Below, piece by piece: positions 9,896 to 20,600 of a DNA stretch of 64,000 nucleotides (the first letter of the stretch is position 1; each line of letters begins with the position of its first letter). Origin of the DNA: Polyangiaceae bacterium (GTDB lineage Bacteria; Myxococcota_A; Polyangia; Polyangiales; Polyangiaceae); contig CBDCTZ010000014.1 in the NCBI GenBank assembly GCA_965222375.1, forward strand, positions 640,001-704,000, given 5' to 3'. The position numbers were made by a program, and so were the translations under genes. The notes below the pieces were generated by a model that saw only the letters and a program-made list of their open reading frames with translations, was not told the DNA's origin and ran no database searches.

Positions 9896-11194
9896 ATGAC
9901 CCGGTGGCGTCGCAGCACGGATAGTGGAGTTCGGCAGCTGTCCTCTGGGTCGGCTGCGGCGCAGGCCCATGGGCCGCTCGTCTGTTGGGGCAGGCACTTC
10001 ATTCGGGTGGTGGCCTTGCTTTGCATGAGCGCTTGCTCGATTTCGCTTTCGCCCGATGAGCTGTCTGCGGGCAAGCCCGATGGAGGGAAGTGTCGCTTTA
10101 CCCTGGAGGCCCGACCCGCGCCGGTTACGGGTAGCGCCTACGACGTGGCGACTGCAGATCTGGATGGGGACGACCTGCTCGACCTGGTTTTCGCGGCGAA
10201 CGACAAGAATGCGTTGGGTGACCGGCTGACGGGCCCGAGCGTGTGGCTCGGCCTAGGCGACGGAACCTTCGAGTCCTGGTACTCGTCGTGGACCTTCCAG
10301 CATGTCTCCTTCGGCATTGCGGCGGCCACAGCTGCTGACGGGTCCGTGGTGGTGGCCAAAGGCATTGCCAGCCAGGACTCGTCGCTGACGGGTCTGGATT
10401 CTGGCCACGTGCGTACCTACGCGGCAACTAAAACAGGTACGCTGGATTGGAACGCCAACGAATCGACGCCGCGTCCACGTGACGTGGTGCTGGCGGATCT
10501 CGATGGCGATGGCTCCTTGGACCTGGCCGCGATTTCGTCGCCGATCTTGTCCGTGCACGATGACAAGGTCTACGTCTTCTTCGGCGAGAAGGATGGCCTG
10601 ACCTCGCCTCCAGTAGTCTTCGACAAGACATCGATTGGCAATGCACACTTTCGCTTGGCGACCGGCGACTTCAATCGTGACCAGTATGCGGACCTCGTCG
10701 TCAGTGGCCCCGGTGACGTGTCGGTGATCTTGGGCAGCCCAAGCCGGAAGCTGACCGCGATGGGACCGTTCTCGGCGGATGCCCCCGTCGTTGTTGGCGT
10801 CGCCGTCGGTGAGTTCAACGGGGACGGAAAGCAAGACGTTGTCGTGAGCAAACCGGGTGACAATGCATTTGCGGTTCTGCTCGGGGTCGGGGACGGGTCG
10901 TTCTTGCCTCATAAAGACCACGCTATGCTCAAAGGAGTGTCCGAGCTTGCCGTGGCGGACCTGGATCAGGACGGCCACGACGACGTGATAGGATTGGCCA
11001 AGGGACAGGTCGCCCTGCGCCGCGGCCTTGGCGACGGCACCTTCGAGCTGGCGCAGGACTATCCGTCCAACGGGACCCACGAGAGCGGGATCGCGACTGG
11101 CGACTTCGACCGCGACGGCCGGGTGGACGTCGTCATCGCCGGTTGGAGCAATGAGTCGCCGACGTTGTTGATGGGTGCCTGCGGCGCGGACTGA
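9896..11194 (+). CDS. FG-GAP/VCBS repeat lipoprotein (start uncertain)
   Basis: Multiple DLDGDxxxD repeats and LGxGDGTF motifs; CMSAC lipobox-like. Confidence 0.85.
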   Translation: MTRWRRSTDSGVRQLSSGSAAAQAHGPLVCWGRHFIRVVALLCMSACSISLSPDELSAGKPDGGKCRFTLEARPAPVTGSAYDVATADLDGDDLLDLVFAANDKNALGDRLTGPSVWLGLGDGTFESWYSSWTFQHVSFGIAAATAADGSVVVAKGIASQDSSLTGLDSGHVRTYAATKTGTLDWNANESTPRPRDVVLADLDGDGSLDLAAISSPILSVHDDKVYVFFGEKDGLTSPPVVFDKTSIGNAHFRLATGDFNRDQYADLVVSGPGDVSVILGSPSRKLTAMGPFSADAPVVVGVAVGEFNGDGKQDVVVSKPGDNAFAVLLGVGDGSFLPHKDHAMLKGVSELAVADLDQDGHDDVIGLAKGQVALRRGLGDGTFELAQDYPSNGTHESGIATGDFDRDGRVDVVIAGWSNESPTLLMGACGAD

Positions 11195-11297
11195 ACCTAG
11201 CTTCAAAGCAGGTTCTTCCGATCTTGCGAAAATCGTGGCAAGGAGCGGGCAATGGTCGCCCGGCGCGACGAATTGATTGGCTTCGGAGCTGCGTCTC

Positions 11298-13217
11298 ATG
11301 AGCGAAAAAACAGAGCAACACGAGTTTCAGGCGGAGGTTCAACAGTTGTTGGACTTGATGGTTCACTCTCTGTACTCGACCAAGGAAGTCTTTCTCCGCG
11401 AGTTGATCAGCAACGCCTCGGATGCCCTCGACAAGAAGCGCTTCGAGCAACTCACCAAGCCGGAGTTGGCGGGAGGCGATGAGCTGCACATTCGCCTCGA
11501 GCAAGATCCCGATAAGCGAACCCTATCGGTTGCCGACAATGGGATTGGGATGTCTCGAGAGGAAGTCATCAAGAACATCGGAACGATCGCCAAGTCGGGT
11601 ACCAAGGAATTCCTGGCGGCGCTGAAGAAGACCCAGCAGGGCAACCTTCCTCCGGATCTAATTGGACAGTTCGGGGTGGGGTTCTACTCCGCGTTCATGG
11701 TTGCGGATCAGGTCTCGGTGCTCACGCGGCGGATTGGTGAGGAAAGTGCGACGCTGTGGGAGTCCAAGGGCGACGGTACGTTTTCGATCAGCGACGCCGA
11801 GCGCGGCAGTGTGGGCACGACGGTCACGCTGCACCTGAAGGCTGCAAATCAAGAAGAAGGTCTGCAAGATCTCTGCAACGACATCGTCATCCGCTCGATC
11901 GTGAAACGCTATTCGGACTTCGTGGCTTACCCAATCCGTATGCAGACATGGAAGCAGGGCAAGGAAGGCGATGCGGACGCCAAAGTCCTGGAAGACGAAA
12001 CCCTCAACTCGATGAAGGCGATTTGGGACCTGCCAAAGAGTGAGGTTTCGGAAACCCAGTACAAGGAGTTCTACCACCACATCTCTCAGGACTGGACGGA
12101 CCCGCTGCGCACGCTCCCAATCCGGATTGAGGGCACCCTCGAGGCCTACGCCTTGCTCTACGTCCCGACCCAAGCGCCCTTCGATCTCTACAGCGCGGAA
12201 ATGAAACGCGGACTGCAGCTCTACGTGCAGCGCGTTTTCATCATGGATGAATGCAAAGAGCTCATGCCGCCGCACCTGCGCTTCATCAAGGGCGTGGTGG
12301 ACTCCCACGACCTGTCTCTGAACGTGTCCCGGGAAATGCTGCAGAAAGACCGGCGGATCCGGATCATCAGGAATCACCTCGTGAAGAAGGTCTACGCGGA
12401 CCTCGGTGAACTGAAGCAGGAGAGTCCGGAAGAGTACCAGAAGTTCTGGCTGCAATTCGGTGCGGCGTTGAAGGAAGGACTATTCGGGGAAGGGCAGGAC
12501 CGAGACACGCTGCTGGAATTGCTCGTGGCGTCGTCGACGGCGAAAGCCACGGAGCTGACGTCTTTGGAGGACTATTTCGGGCGCATGAAAGAAGGTCAGG
12601 ATGCGATCTACTTCCTGACCGGCGCGTCGAAGGAGGCCGTCGAGACGTCGCCGCTACTCGAAGCCTTCGTCGCCAAAGGCTACGAAGTACTCTTGTTCTC
12701 GGACCCCATCGACGAGCTATGGCTGGAGCATGCGCCGTCCTATAAGGACAAGCCCCTCAAGTCGATTGGCCGAGGGGACATCGAACTCGGCTCCGAAGAA
12801 GAGCGCAAGACAGCGAGCGCGGAGCTGGAGGAAAAGCAGAAGCAGTTGGGAGATCTGCTGGCGCAAATACGCGTCTCGCTCCAGGACGAGATCAAAGAAG
12901 TTCGCCTGTCGAATCGGCTGACGACGTCAGCGGCGTGCTTGGTCGCGGATGAAAACGATCTGAGTCCACGCCTGCAGAGAATGTTGGAGCAGATGGGGCA
13001 GAAACCGGAAAAGCCCAAGCGCATACTGGAGCTCAACCCTGGCCACGAGCTGGTGAAAAAGCTGAAGTCCATCGTCGAAGTTGACAAGAGTGACCCTCGC
13101 GTCAACCTCTACGCACGGCTCTTACTCGGTCAGGCGCACCTGGCCGAATCCGGTCAGGTGCCCGACCCGGCTGCCTTCAGCAAGGTACTCGGCGAACTCA
13201 TGGCGCGGGGGCTTTGA
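11298..13217 (+). CDS. htpG: Molecular chaperone HtpG (Hsp90)
   Basis: FQAEVQQLLDLMVHSLYS, FLRELISNASDA, GTIAKSGT, GQFGVGFYS, LNVSRE. Confidence 0.98.
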   Translation: MSEKTEQHEFQAEVQQLLDLMVHSLYSTKEVFLRELISNASDALDKKRFEQLTKPELAGGDELHIRLEQDPDKRTLSVADNGIGMSREEVIKNIGTIAKSGTKEFLAALKKTQQGNLPPDLIGQFGVGFYSAFMVADQVSVLTRRIGEESATLWESKGDGTFSISDAERGSVGTTVTLHLKAANQEEGLQDLCNDIVIRSIVKRYSDFVAYPIRMQTWKQGKEGDADAKVLEDETLNSMKAIWDLPKSEVSETQYKEFYHHISQDWTDPLRTLPIRIEGTLEAYALLYVPTQAPFDLYSAEMKRGLQLYVQRVFIMDECKELMPPHLRFIKGVVDSHDLSLNVSREMLQKDRRIRIIRNHLVKKVYADLGELKQESPEEYQKFWLQFGAALKEGLFGEGQDRDTLLELLVASSTAKATELTSLEDYFGRMKEGQDAIYFLTGASKEAVETSPLLEAFVAKGYEVLLFSDPIDELWLEHAPSYKDKPLKSIGRGDIELGSEEERKTASAELEEKQKQLGDLLAQIRVSLQDEIKEVRLSNRLTTSAACLVADENDLSPRLQRMLEQMGQKPEKPKRILELNPGHELVKKLKSIVEVDKSDPRVNLYARLLLGQAHLAESGQVPDPAAFSKVLGELMARGL

Positions 13218-13298
13218 GCGATCCCGGGTCGGAGCACCCGAGTCGGTTGCGAGACCGACGCTGCAGGCCGCGGCGTCGCCATGCTTGCTCTTCCACGC

Positions 13299-13850
13299 CT
13301 ACGGGCAGACCGAGCTGCGGTTGACGACGACCGTCTGCATGACCTGGCGGAAGTGCTTCACACCATGCGGTTCAGTCGGGCAACCGGAACATGTGGGCAG
13401 CCAGGTGATCGACCCGGGGTAGCCAGGAGCAGTCAGCTTCGCTTTGACATGGTCGCCTTGGTACTCGTTCTTGTGCTGCATCGCGAATGAAACCTCCGAA
13501 TTTCGGAACGCGCTCTCGACGTCCGGCCCCGTCCACATGTTTCCGCCGCCGCGCAGCTGCGTCCGGCACGGCGGGGGACCATGCGTCGCGCGCCGAAAGA
13601 GAATTGTGGTGGGCGATACGAAACCAACGGCGTTGCCGCCTTGCATGTAGTCGAATAGCGGCGGCGTGTCGCCGGCCGCAGGAGCGGGCGGCTGATGCGG
13701 TGTGGGATCCGGCTGACTCTTGCTCGACGCCACTGGGGAGGTCATGTCCACGGCTGGCGGGGCCGCGAGCTGTGATGCTGGTGGATGAGGCGGCGCGCAA
13801 GCCACTGTCAAGCCAATGAGCACCTCGACTCGGCAATGCCCCATGACCAT
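13299..13850 (-). CDS. Hypothetical lipoprotein
   Basis: LTVAC lipobox, Pro-rich linker. Confidence 0.55.
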   Translation of the reverse strand: MVMGHCRVEVLIGLTVACAPPHPPASQLAAPPAVDMTSPVASSKSQPDPTPHQPPAPAAGDTPPLFDYMQGGNAVGFVSPTTILFRRATHGPPPCRTQLRGGGNMWTGPDVESAFRNSEVSFAMQHKNEYQGDHVKAKLTAPGYPGSITWLPTCSGCPTEPHGVKHFRQVMQTVVVNRSSVCP

Positions 13851-14012
13851 GATGCGGAGGCTAGCATGGATCCCTCGTCAGCCCACGTCGGCCGGCGATG
13901 CGCATAGAGGGCTGCCGGCAAGTCCGCGCCGCGAGTTGACGGCGACTGCTATCGGGGTTTCACGGCGTCGTAGGCATCCTCGCCGTAGTCAGGGTCCCCC
14001 TTTTGGCGCGGG

Positions 14013-14036
14013 GTGGCCCATCCCCCCGACAAACGA
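14013..14036. repeat. Partial array motif (right half)
   Basis: ggtggcccatccccccgacaaacg versus ggtggcccatccccccaaaaccaaacg in copy C; followed by a 5'-truncated gene. Confidence 0.5.
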
Positions 14037-14089
14037 ATTGGGGTGATTCAGCCCGAATTTATTGCGGCAGTTCTCGGAAAATGGTACCA

Positions 14090-14751
14090 TGCGTTCAGCC
14101 GGCTCGGGTGCAACCGGTGGCTCGGGTGCAACCGGTGGCTCGGGTGCAACCGGTGGCTCGGGTAGCGGAGGCATTGGCAGCGGTGGCGTAGCGACGGGTG
14201 GCAGCGGTGGGGGCTGTAGCGGAACGAAGGGCACGTCGTTGAGCGGGTCCGCTGGCGGTCCTTTCACAACGCCGCGGACGTGGAACGTGACCAACTCAAG
14301 TGGTCACTTCAGCAAGGCCATCGTCAGCTTCAACTTCACGCTGGCCAAGTCACCTCCCAGCACGCTCAAGACGCTAATGACGCTCAAGGCCGGAAGCAAA
14401 GTGCAGTTTCGCGTTCAAGTGAAGCAAGGTTCGATTCGTTTCCAAGTGGGCAATGCCTGCTTGAACGACAAGAACGTGATTTGGAAAACCGCCACCAAGT
14501 ACACCGCCACTGTCACATACAAAGCAGGGAGCGACGGCTCGACGTTGGAGCTGAAGGAGGGCAGCAGCACGAAAACGACCGCCACCGTGACCGGTTTGAG
14601 CAACACCATCAGCAAGGGCACCGCGCTGAACCTGACGCTCTATGTCCCTCCTTCGATTTCCACCAACCCGTGGGCTGGGATGACGGTTGAGAATGTGAGC
14701 TGGGACCTGACCGGCGGGACGCCGGTATGCGGCAGCTCGTGCAGCAACTAG
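14090..14751 (+). pseudogene. 5'-truncated secreted protein (Gly/Ser linker plus beta-rich domain)
   Basis: Starts in GSGATG repeats (18-bp tandem unit at 14101-14163); no signal peptide. Confidence 0.55.
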
Positions 14752-14759
14752 CTCGACCC

Positions 14760-15062
14760 GGCGTTCGGCGCTCGAGTGCGCCGCGACGCTGGGGTCGTCA
14801 GCCTTGGCCGTGGGATTGACCAACGTCAGCGTCCCCGTGATGTCCTTAAGCGCAGCTGTGGAGCCGCTGCCGGAGGCGCGTACCTGGAAAGGCGTTGCGT
14901 CACTATCGTACTTCAAGAAGACGTTCTCGAAATGGAAGCCTCCCAAGGCGCATTTGTCGGTGTACGAGGGGGTTTCGATGGCGATGACCTCGGACCATCC
15001 TTGCCCCAGTATGTTGGTCGCCGTTACGTCCCGCATTGTCAGCAAGTAGCCGTCGGCGCTTT
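14760..15062 (-). pseudogene. Internal gene fragment cut by IS256
   Basis: Protein-like frame DGYLLTMRDVTATNILGQGWSEVIAIETPSY... abutting the IS end. Confidence 0.4.
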
Positions 15063-15065
15063 TTC

Positions 15066-16483
15066 GGGAATGTCCCGCCCGCTGTTGAGCTGAGGTGAAA
15101 AAGAAGTGGCGGTTCTTGTCGAACCCGAGACCATCTCGGGCAGCAAACCGACAGGAGACCGCCATGAAGAAGAATCGCAAGAACAGGAACGCTAGGAAAG
15201 AGGCAAGTGGAGGCGAGCAGCGAGTGCTGTGGCTCGCCTCGGTGATTCGCGACAACCTGCACACTTTCGTGATCCGTGAAGGCATGAAAGCGCTAGACGC
15301 GATGGTGGAGCAGGACCGGGAACGTCTGTGCGGCCCCGTCCACACCCGGGGTGGCCCAGAAGGTCCAGTTCGCTGGGGCATGACCGACGGCCGCCTGGTG
15401 ATGGGCGGACAGCGTGTGATCGTTCGCAGGCCCCGTGTTCGAAAAGCTGGCAAGGAGGTCGCTTTGCCCACCTGGGCGCAGTTCGCCGACGAAGACCCGC
15501 TCGACGCGCGCACGATGGAGCAGATGGTGGTGGGCGTCTCGACGCGGAACTACGAACGCTCGATCGAACCATTGCCAGACGAGCTCGGCTCTCACGGCGC
15601 AAGCAAGAGCGCAGCGAGTCGTCGTTTCGTGGAGCTCACCGGCGAAAAGCTTCAGGAGTGGCTCAGCCGGGACATCAGCGAACTGAAGCTGGTCGCCATC
15701 ATGGTCGACGGCATCGAGGTGAACGACGAAGTGATCGTCGTTGCGCTCGGGATCGACGAGGGTGGCGAGAAGCATGCCCTGGGGCTCTGGCACGGCGCCA
15801 CCGAGAATGCCGTGGTGTGCGAGAACCTCGTGAAAGATCTCATCGAGCGCGGGCTGGATGCCCAGCAGCCGTACCTATTCGTGATCGACGGCAGCAAGGC
15901 ACTGCGCAAGGCGATCCGCGACGTATTCGGAAAGCATGCGCTGGTGCAGCGTTGTCAGGAGCACAAGCGCCGTAACGTACTCGGGCACCTGCCGCAACGC
16001 CTGCACCCGAGCATCAGCAAGGCCATGCGCGATGCCTATCGGAGCTCGTCACGCGCGACGGCAAAGCGGCGTCTGCTCCAGCTCGTTTCGCGTCTTCAGG
16101 AAGACTACCCAGACGCGGCGTCCTCGTTGCGGGAAGGGCTTGAGGAAACAATCACGCTCAAGGACATGGGGCTTCCCAAGTGGCCGAGCGTACCCTCTCG
16201 ACGACGAACCCCATCGAGAACTTGAACGGGACGATTCGGCGAGTGACGCGCAACGTGAAGCGCTGGTGTGATGGCGCGATGATACGCCGCTGGGTAGCAA
16301 CCGCCATCCTCGAGGCTGCGCGAAACTTCAGGCGGCTGCGCGGATACAAGGGCATGCACTTGCTCGTTGTTGCCCTACGCGACCCTGAACAAACCACCCG
16401 CATTGACGAAAAGGAACACGCCGCCTGACCATTCTTCCGACAAGGCCGCCGCTTCGATGATCAACACGGAGCGGGACGTTCCC
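15066..16483 (+). mobile_element. IS256-family insertion sequence, copy 1
   Basis: Imperfect terminal inverted repeats gggaatgtcccgcccgctgttga / tcaacacggagcgggacgttccc; no target duplication seen. Confidence 0.9.
15164..16428 (+). pseudogene. IS256 transposase, 1-nt frameshift near 16183
   Basis: GVSTR, VDG, IDGSKAL, QRCQEHKRRN, then STTNPIENLNG in another frame; RBS aggag. Confidence 0.9.
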
Positions 16484-16540
16484 CCCGGCTTGACCAGCAG
16501 GGGTTAGATTGGTCCCGGGTTCCGAGGGCTATCGATTCCG

Positions 16541-16704
16541 CTACTGCACCGCGTCGTCGCGCGCCCCATCGAGCACCCACTGCTCGGTATTGGGTACGGA
16601 CTGATAGCGTGCTGCTTTCCCGCAGCCCCGGACCCCCAAAGTGCTCTCACGTCCGTTGGGATAGTGAGTCAACGCTTGAATCTTGAGTTTGGCGCGCGGA
16701 CAAT
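16541..16704 (-). pseudogene. 3' half duplicate of the lipoprotein gene at 35458-35763
   Basis: High nucleotide similarity to 35458-35621. Confidence 0.9.
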
Positions 16705-16721
16705 GTTCGGAGAGCCGCGCG

Positions 16722-17148
16722 CCAGAAGGGAGGTGCCGTCATCGCAGCGCCCCTTGCTCGGTGCGTTCGTGTCCTGTGTTTGCACGTGTCACCACAACGC
16801 GCGTCCCTGCAGTGTTCAACGCGTGTCACGCGCGAGAGAAGGGCAAGGCCCAGCCGCTCCAGTGAGCTGGGCAGGTCGCGGGCGTTGGCCCCTTGCCGGC
16901 CCTCGAAGAAACGGTCGATGACGGACTCGGTGGCCCATCCCCCCAAAACCAAACGCCGACGATCAGGTTAGGACTTGGTCGACGCGCGTGAAGGCTCGGC
17001 CGGAGGGGCCGAGCTTGGTGGAGATGCCGTGGGCTTCGACCCAGGTGTTGTAGAGGTCGAGGCCCTCGGAGCCGACGTCGACGATGCTGCCGGTCTTGAA
17101 ACGCCCGTTGGCGCCGCTGATGGCGTGGAACAGCTTGTCGCGCAGCTC
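16722..17148. repeat. Array repeat copy C: IS91 leader-like stretch, motif (16887-16955) and ~60 codons of DUF1552 3' end
   Basis: LFHAISGANGRFKTGSIVDVGSEGLDLYNTWVEAHGISTKLGPSGRAFTRVDQVLT-stop; 16722-16778 resembles 40592-40646. Confidence 0.93.
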
Positions 17149-17215
17149 GTGCACAAGTCTCTAGAAGTTCCGGTTGTCCTTGACCTCGTCTATTCCTTGG
17201 TACATGACCAATGTC

Positions 17216-18229
17216 ATGTCTGGGAGAGCTTATCTCACCGCCTCCGCATCAATGCTCACGCTCATCACCGCGTGCGGTGGAGAAGAATTCTCCCAGGGCG
17301 GAGTGGGCGGCGCGGGTTCGGGTGCGATTTCCGGTTCCAGTGGGATGGGAAATGCCGCCGGGACCAGCGGCTCGGGTGCCACCTCAGGGGCTGCGGGGGC
17401 TGCCGCCGCGAGCGGCTCAGGTGGAGTTGGTGGCGTGAGTGGCGGTTCTGGGGGCGTAGGCGCGGCTGGTGGCGGTGGTTCTGCCGGCGTGGGAGCAACC
17501 GGTGGCAAGGGCGGATCCAGTGGGGTTGGCGCAGCTGGGGGTGCGGGTGGCAGCGGGGCGACCGGGGGCACCTGCGGCGTCAACCAGCCCGGCCTTCTGT
17601 TGCATAGCGAGTTGAACAATCTGTTCTCGATCGAGAACCCCGCCAAGAACAGCGGCAGTGGGGGTGGCACCGCCAAAGGAGTCACTTTCCACGCAGGCAA
17701 GTGTGAAAAGGCTGTCCGCATTGATGCAACGGGTGAACGCGTCGAGTTCCCGCAGCCCGGCAATCTCGATCTCAAAAAGGGTTCCGTGGATTTCTGGTAC
17801 CGGCCAGACACGGCTCACGACGATGGAGCGCCCAGGACATTCGTTATCACTGCGGGAGGTACGACTGCTAACAGCATGCAGATTCGCAAGGCTGGGGTCG
17901 CCTCCGGCAACAACTTCAATGTCGAGTTCCGTGATGGTGGCGACAAATATCACAAGACAAGCGTAGCACCGGACCAGTACACTTTCTTTGCCAAACAATG
18001 GATCCGAATCGTCGTGACTTGGGACCTGAGTGTGACTGAGCAGGTCGTGCATGTCTACTTCAACGGCAAGGAACCCAAGAACTACGCTGCCGTCGCGAAA
18101 GGGCCGCTGGTGATTTCGAACCCGAGTACGGGTGGCTTCATCGTTGGCACAACCATCATCAAGCAAGATCAGCCCATAGGTGGTCTGATCGATGAGTTCA
18201 AGGTCTACGAGACCGTCATCGCTCCCTGA
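17216..18229 (+). CDS. LamG/concanavalin-like domain lipoprotein
   Basis: ITAC lipobox, Gly-rich linker, GSVDFWYRP, W.RIVVTWD, VYFNG, GLIDEFKVY. Confidence 0.85.
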   Translation: MSGRAYLTASASMLTLITACGGEEFSQGGVGGAGSGAISGSSGMGNAAGTSGSGATSGAAGAAAASGSGGVGGVSGGSGGVGAAGGGGSAGVGATGGKGGSSGVGAAGGAGGSGATGGTCGVNQPGLLLHSELNNLFSIENPAKNSGSGGGTAKGVTFHAGKCEKAVRIDATGERVEFPQPGNLDLKKGSVDFWYRPDTAHDDGAPRTFVITAGGTTANSMQIRKAGVASGNNFNVEFRDGGDKYHKTSVAPDQYTFFAKQWIRIVVTWDLSVTEQVVHVYFNGKEPKNYAAVAKGPLVISNPSTGGFIVGTTIIKQDQPIGGLIDEFKVYETVIAP

Positions 18230-18329
18230 TGCTCGTTTGGGAGCGTGATGAAGTCCCCGAACTCAGGACATGAGTTCGGCGTTCCGACGCAACCCAAGGC
18301 AGCTTGAGACTTGCATGCAGCGCCTTGCC

Positions 18330-18750
18330 GTCTCGTCCGGGCATCAGCAAGCCCCACGTCCGGCTCGATACCTTCCGCCGGTGGCGGGACTGGTGCGGCT
18401 TCGAGCGAGAGTGGAGCGTCGGTTTCGTAGAGCAGCCCGAGCTGATCGCCGGGGGAAGTAGCTTGTGTGCGTCGGCGTCGCCGGGTGGACTGGGTCCGAC
18501 ACGTGCTCGGTGCAACGAATAGCTCGAGAGCACGTCGAAGCAGCGGAGCATACGAATCCTGGGCCCCGGGATTGCGCGCATACGGGCTCCCTCGCGGTTG
18601 GAGAGGTGCCCACCCCGTCAACCGGCGAGGGGCCAGTGGAGGGCAGCAGCAGAACTCGGGCTCACGGGCAGCGCGCTTGGGCAAATGGTGCTGCGCATGC
18701 ACGCGAGCCGTGCGCCAAAAGGGCGGCCCTTTCGCCGCAGTGCCTGCTTG
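18330..18750 (-). mobile_element. Internally deleted IS91-like remnant (transposase C-terminus fused to leader)
   Basis: RIRMLRCFDVLSSYSLHRARV and PGDQLGLL match RFHMLRYFGVLSSHSSHRERV and PGDQLELL of the element at 36303; 18571-18750 resembles 40516-40625. Confidence 0.75.
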
Positions 18751-18799
18751 CGCGGCGTGCTTGCGGTCTCGGCCGTGGAGCACCCATCCAGGGCGCCTC

Positions 18800-18853
18800 G
18801 GCCCCACGCCGGACCTCGAAGAAACGGCCGATGACGGGCTCGGTGGCCCATCC
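18800..18853. repeat. Array repeat copy D (motif only)
   Basis: ggccccacgccggacctcgaagaaacggccgatgacgggctcggtggcccatcc. Confidence 0.9.
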
Positions 18854-18854
18854 G

Positions 18855-19130
18855 CACGTCCACGTTCATCTGGGTGGCAAAGTGCACTTCCTTGGGCAGA
18901 TCGAAGTCGAATACCGTGAGCTTCACCGGCACGCTGACGGCCGAGCCGCCCGCCGGAGTCACGGTCAGCGTGGTTTCGTGAGCGCTTGCAGGAGCGCCTC
19001 GGGCACGTACACCGTCAGCCACACCGCCTCAGGTTGATTGGCGTTGAGAGTGATGGATGCTCCTCCAGAAATGGGACTGAGGCCACCAGCGGTGCCGCTG
19101 ACGTAGCCGACCTTCGCCAGGGAAACCCGT
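18855..19130 (-). pseudogene. Internal fragment resembling GH123/DUF4091 proteins
   Basis: NQPEAVWLTVYVPEA and VPVKLTVFDFDLP motifs, frameshifted, ending at repeat D. Confidence 0.5.
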
Positions 19131-19159
19131 TGACCGGCTGCCCGCCGCGAATTCGCTAC

Positions 19160-19191
19160 AAAAGTGAAGGGTCGAGCGCTCGCCCGACCCT
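19160..19191 (-). terminator. Putative intrinsic terminator
   Basis: Hairpin gggtcgggcg-ag-cgctcgaccc followed by ttcactttt, just downstream of the stop at 19213. Confidence 0.5.
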
Positions 19192-19212
19192 CCAGCGGTT
19201 TGGGGCGCATTG

Positions 19213-20127
19213 CTAGAGAAAACGGTGAACGATGGGACAGTTGACGATAATCCCGTTTGATCCGTAGTCCGAGCCACCAGGCCCGGTCATGAACCCGCGC
19301 TGCACTAGCCCGAGGATCTGAAACTCCTCAGTCACCCGCGAGCGATAGCCGCGATCGATGGCTTCTTGAGTCCACTCACCGAAGTTGACGTCCCACAGCG
19401 GGCTGTAGTCAGTCGCAACCGTGGGAATTCCACCTAGCACATTGAGCGGACCGCCTTGTCCGGCCAGCGCGCTGCTTAGACCCTGGCGCTGCGGATTGAC
19501 GGTGCCATCGGCGAGGTTCATGGCCCCGTTTGTTGTCACAAAGATGCGCTCGATGGCGCTGAACGCGGTGTCGTCATTGCCGACGTCCACGTCGAGCAGG
19601 CCCGGTGCGAGAGTTGAACGTTCGAGAGCGGCAGCATCACCTACGCTCGCGTCAAGGCTCAAGTAGAGCACCGGTCGTCCAAAGCTAAATCCGCCGGTGA
19701 GCTCCAGCGTGACCGTGCCCACGCCACCGTCGTCCGGGCCGGGTGGGCAGATGTGAACGACCTTGTCGTGAAAGAGCGCTCTTCCCGATGCGTCAATCGG
19801 GTTGGCGCAGTAGCTGGCGAAGGCCGCGGGGTCGCCGGCCGCAACAACCGGCGCGTTGTATACATGATCGCCCGCATTCTCGATTTTCACAAGAGGCGAG
19901 TAGCCTGCGTCGCCGACCGAGCCAGCCTGCGCAGCCGCTGGCGGGAATAGATTTGGCGCTGCGCCGGGCGTGACCGAGTGCAACGGAGAAAAGTCCACGC
20001 TGCCTTGGTTGACGATCAGCAGGGTACCAGTGCCCAATGGATCGTTGATGTAGTTGCCACGGCGGACTCCAAGACCACCCAGGCCATCTACCGGAAGGAT
20101 CACTTGCCCCAGCGCGACCAGCACCAA
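19213..20127 (-). pseudogene. Probably 5'-truncated uncharacterised protein
   Basis: GSVDFSP, VGDAGYSPL, YSPLWD, VNCP motifs; poor start; upstream replaced by IS91 fragment. Confidence 0.6.
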
Positions 20128-20254
20128 GCTGGGCTACGCCGCGAAACCGACGTCCTTCACAGCCCACGTCGACCAGGGTGACGGAAAGACGGCCGAGTTT
20201 ACGTAACAGTGGAAAAGCAAGTAGCGCCGATCGCACCGGGGCTGGGCTGCTCGC

Positions 20255-20493
20255 GCAGAGCTTCGGCGGCTCGGCGTCGCCGCACTCAGGGTCGAGGCTA
20301 CGGCCGTGGGCGTGCAGGATGCGCTCGACGCGTACGGCCGTGCGTGCGGCAACCTCCGCGATGTCCGCGTGGGTTGGCGCGTCCAGCTCAAGGAACTCGA
20401 GCGGAGCTTGAGGGTCGTCGCCTTGGTGCCTGTGCACGCCGTCGAGCACGAGTGCGTGAAAATGCACGTTGAGTCGCAGAGCACTGACCGGTG
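20255..20493 (-). mobile_element. IS91-family transposase internal fragment with HUH motif
   Basis: SALRLNVHFHALVLDGVH; nucleotide near-copy of ~37093-37330. Confidence 0.9.
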
Positions 20494-20600
20494 CTCGTAA
20501 GTGGCTTCGTCGCCGCATACTCGCGACTGACGGCACCCAGCCGAGGGTGACGCGCAGCAAGACTGCCGCACAGGCGAAGGCGGCGCTGTTTCGAGCCGCT

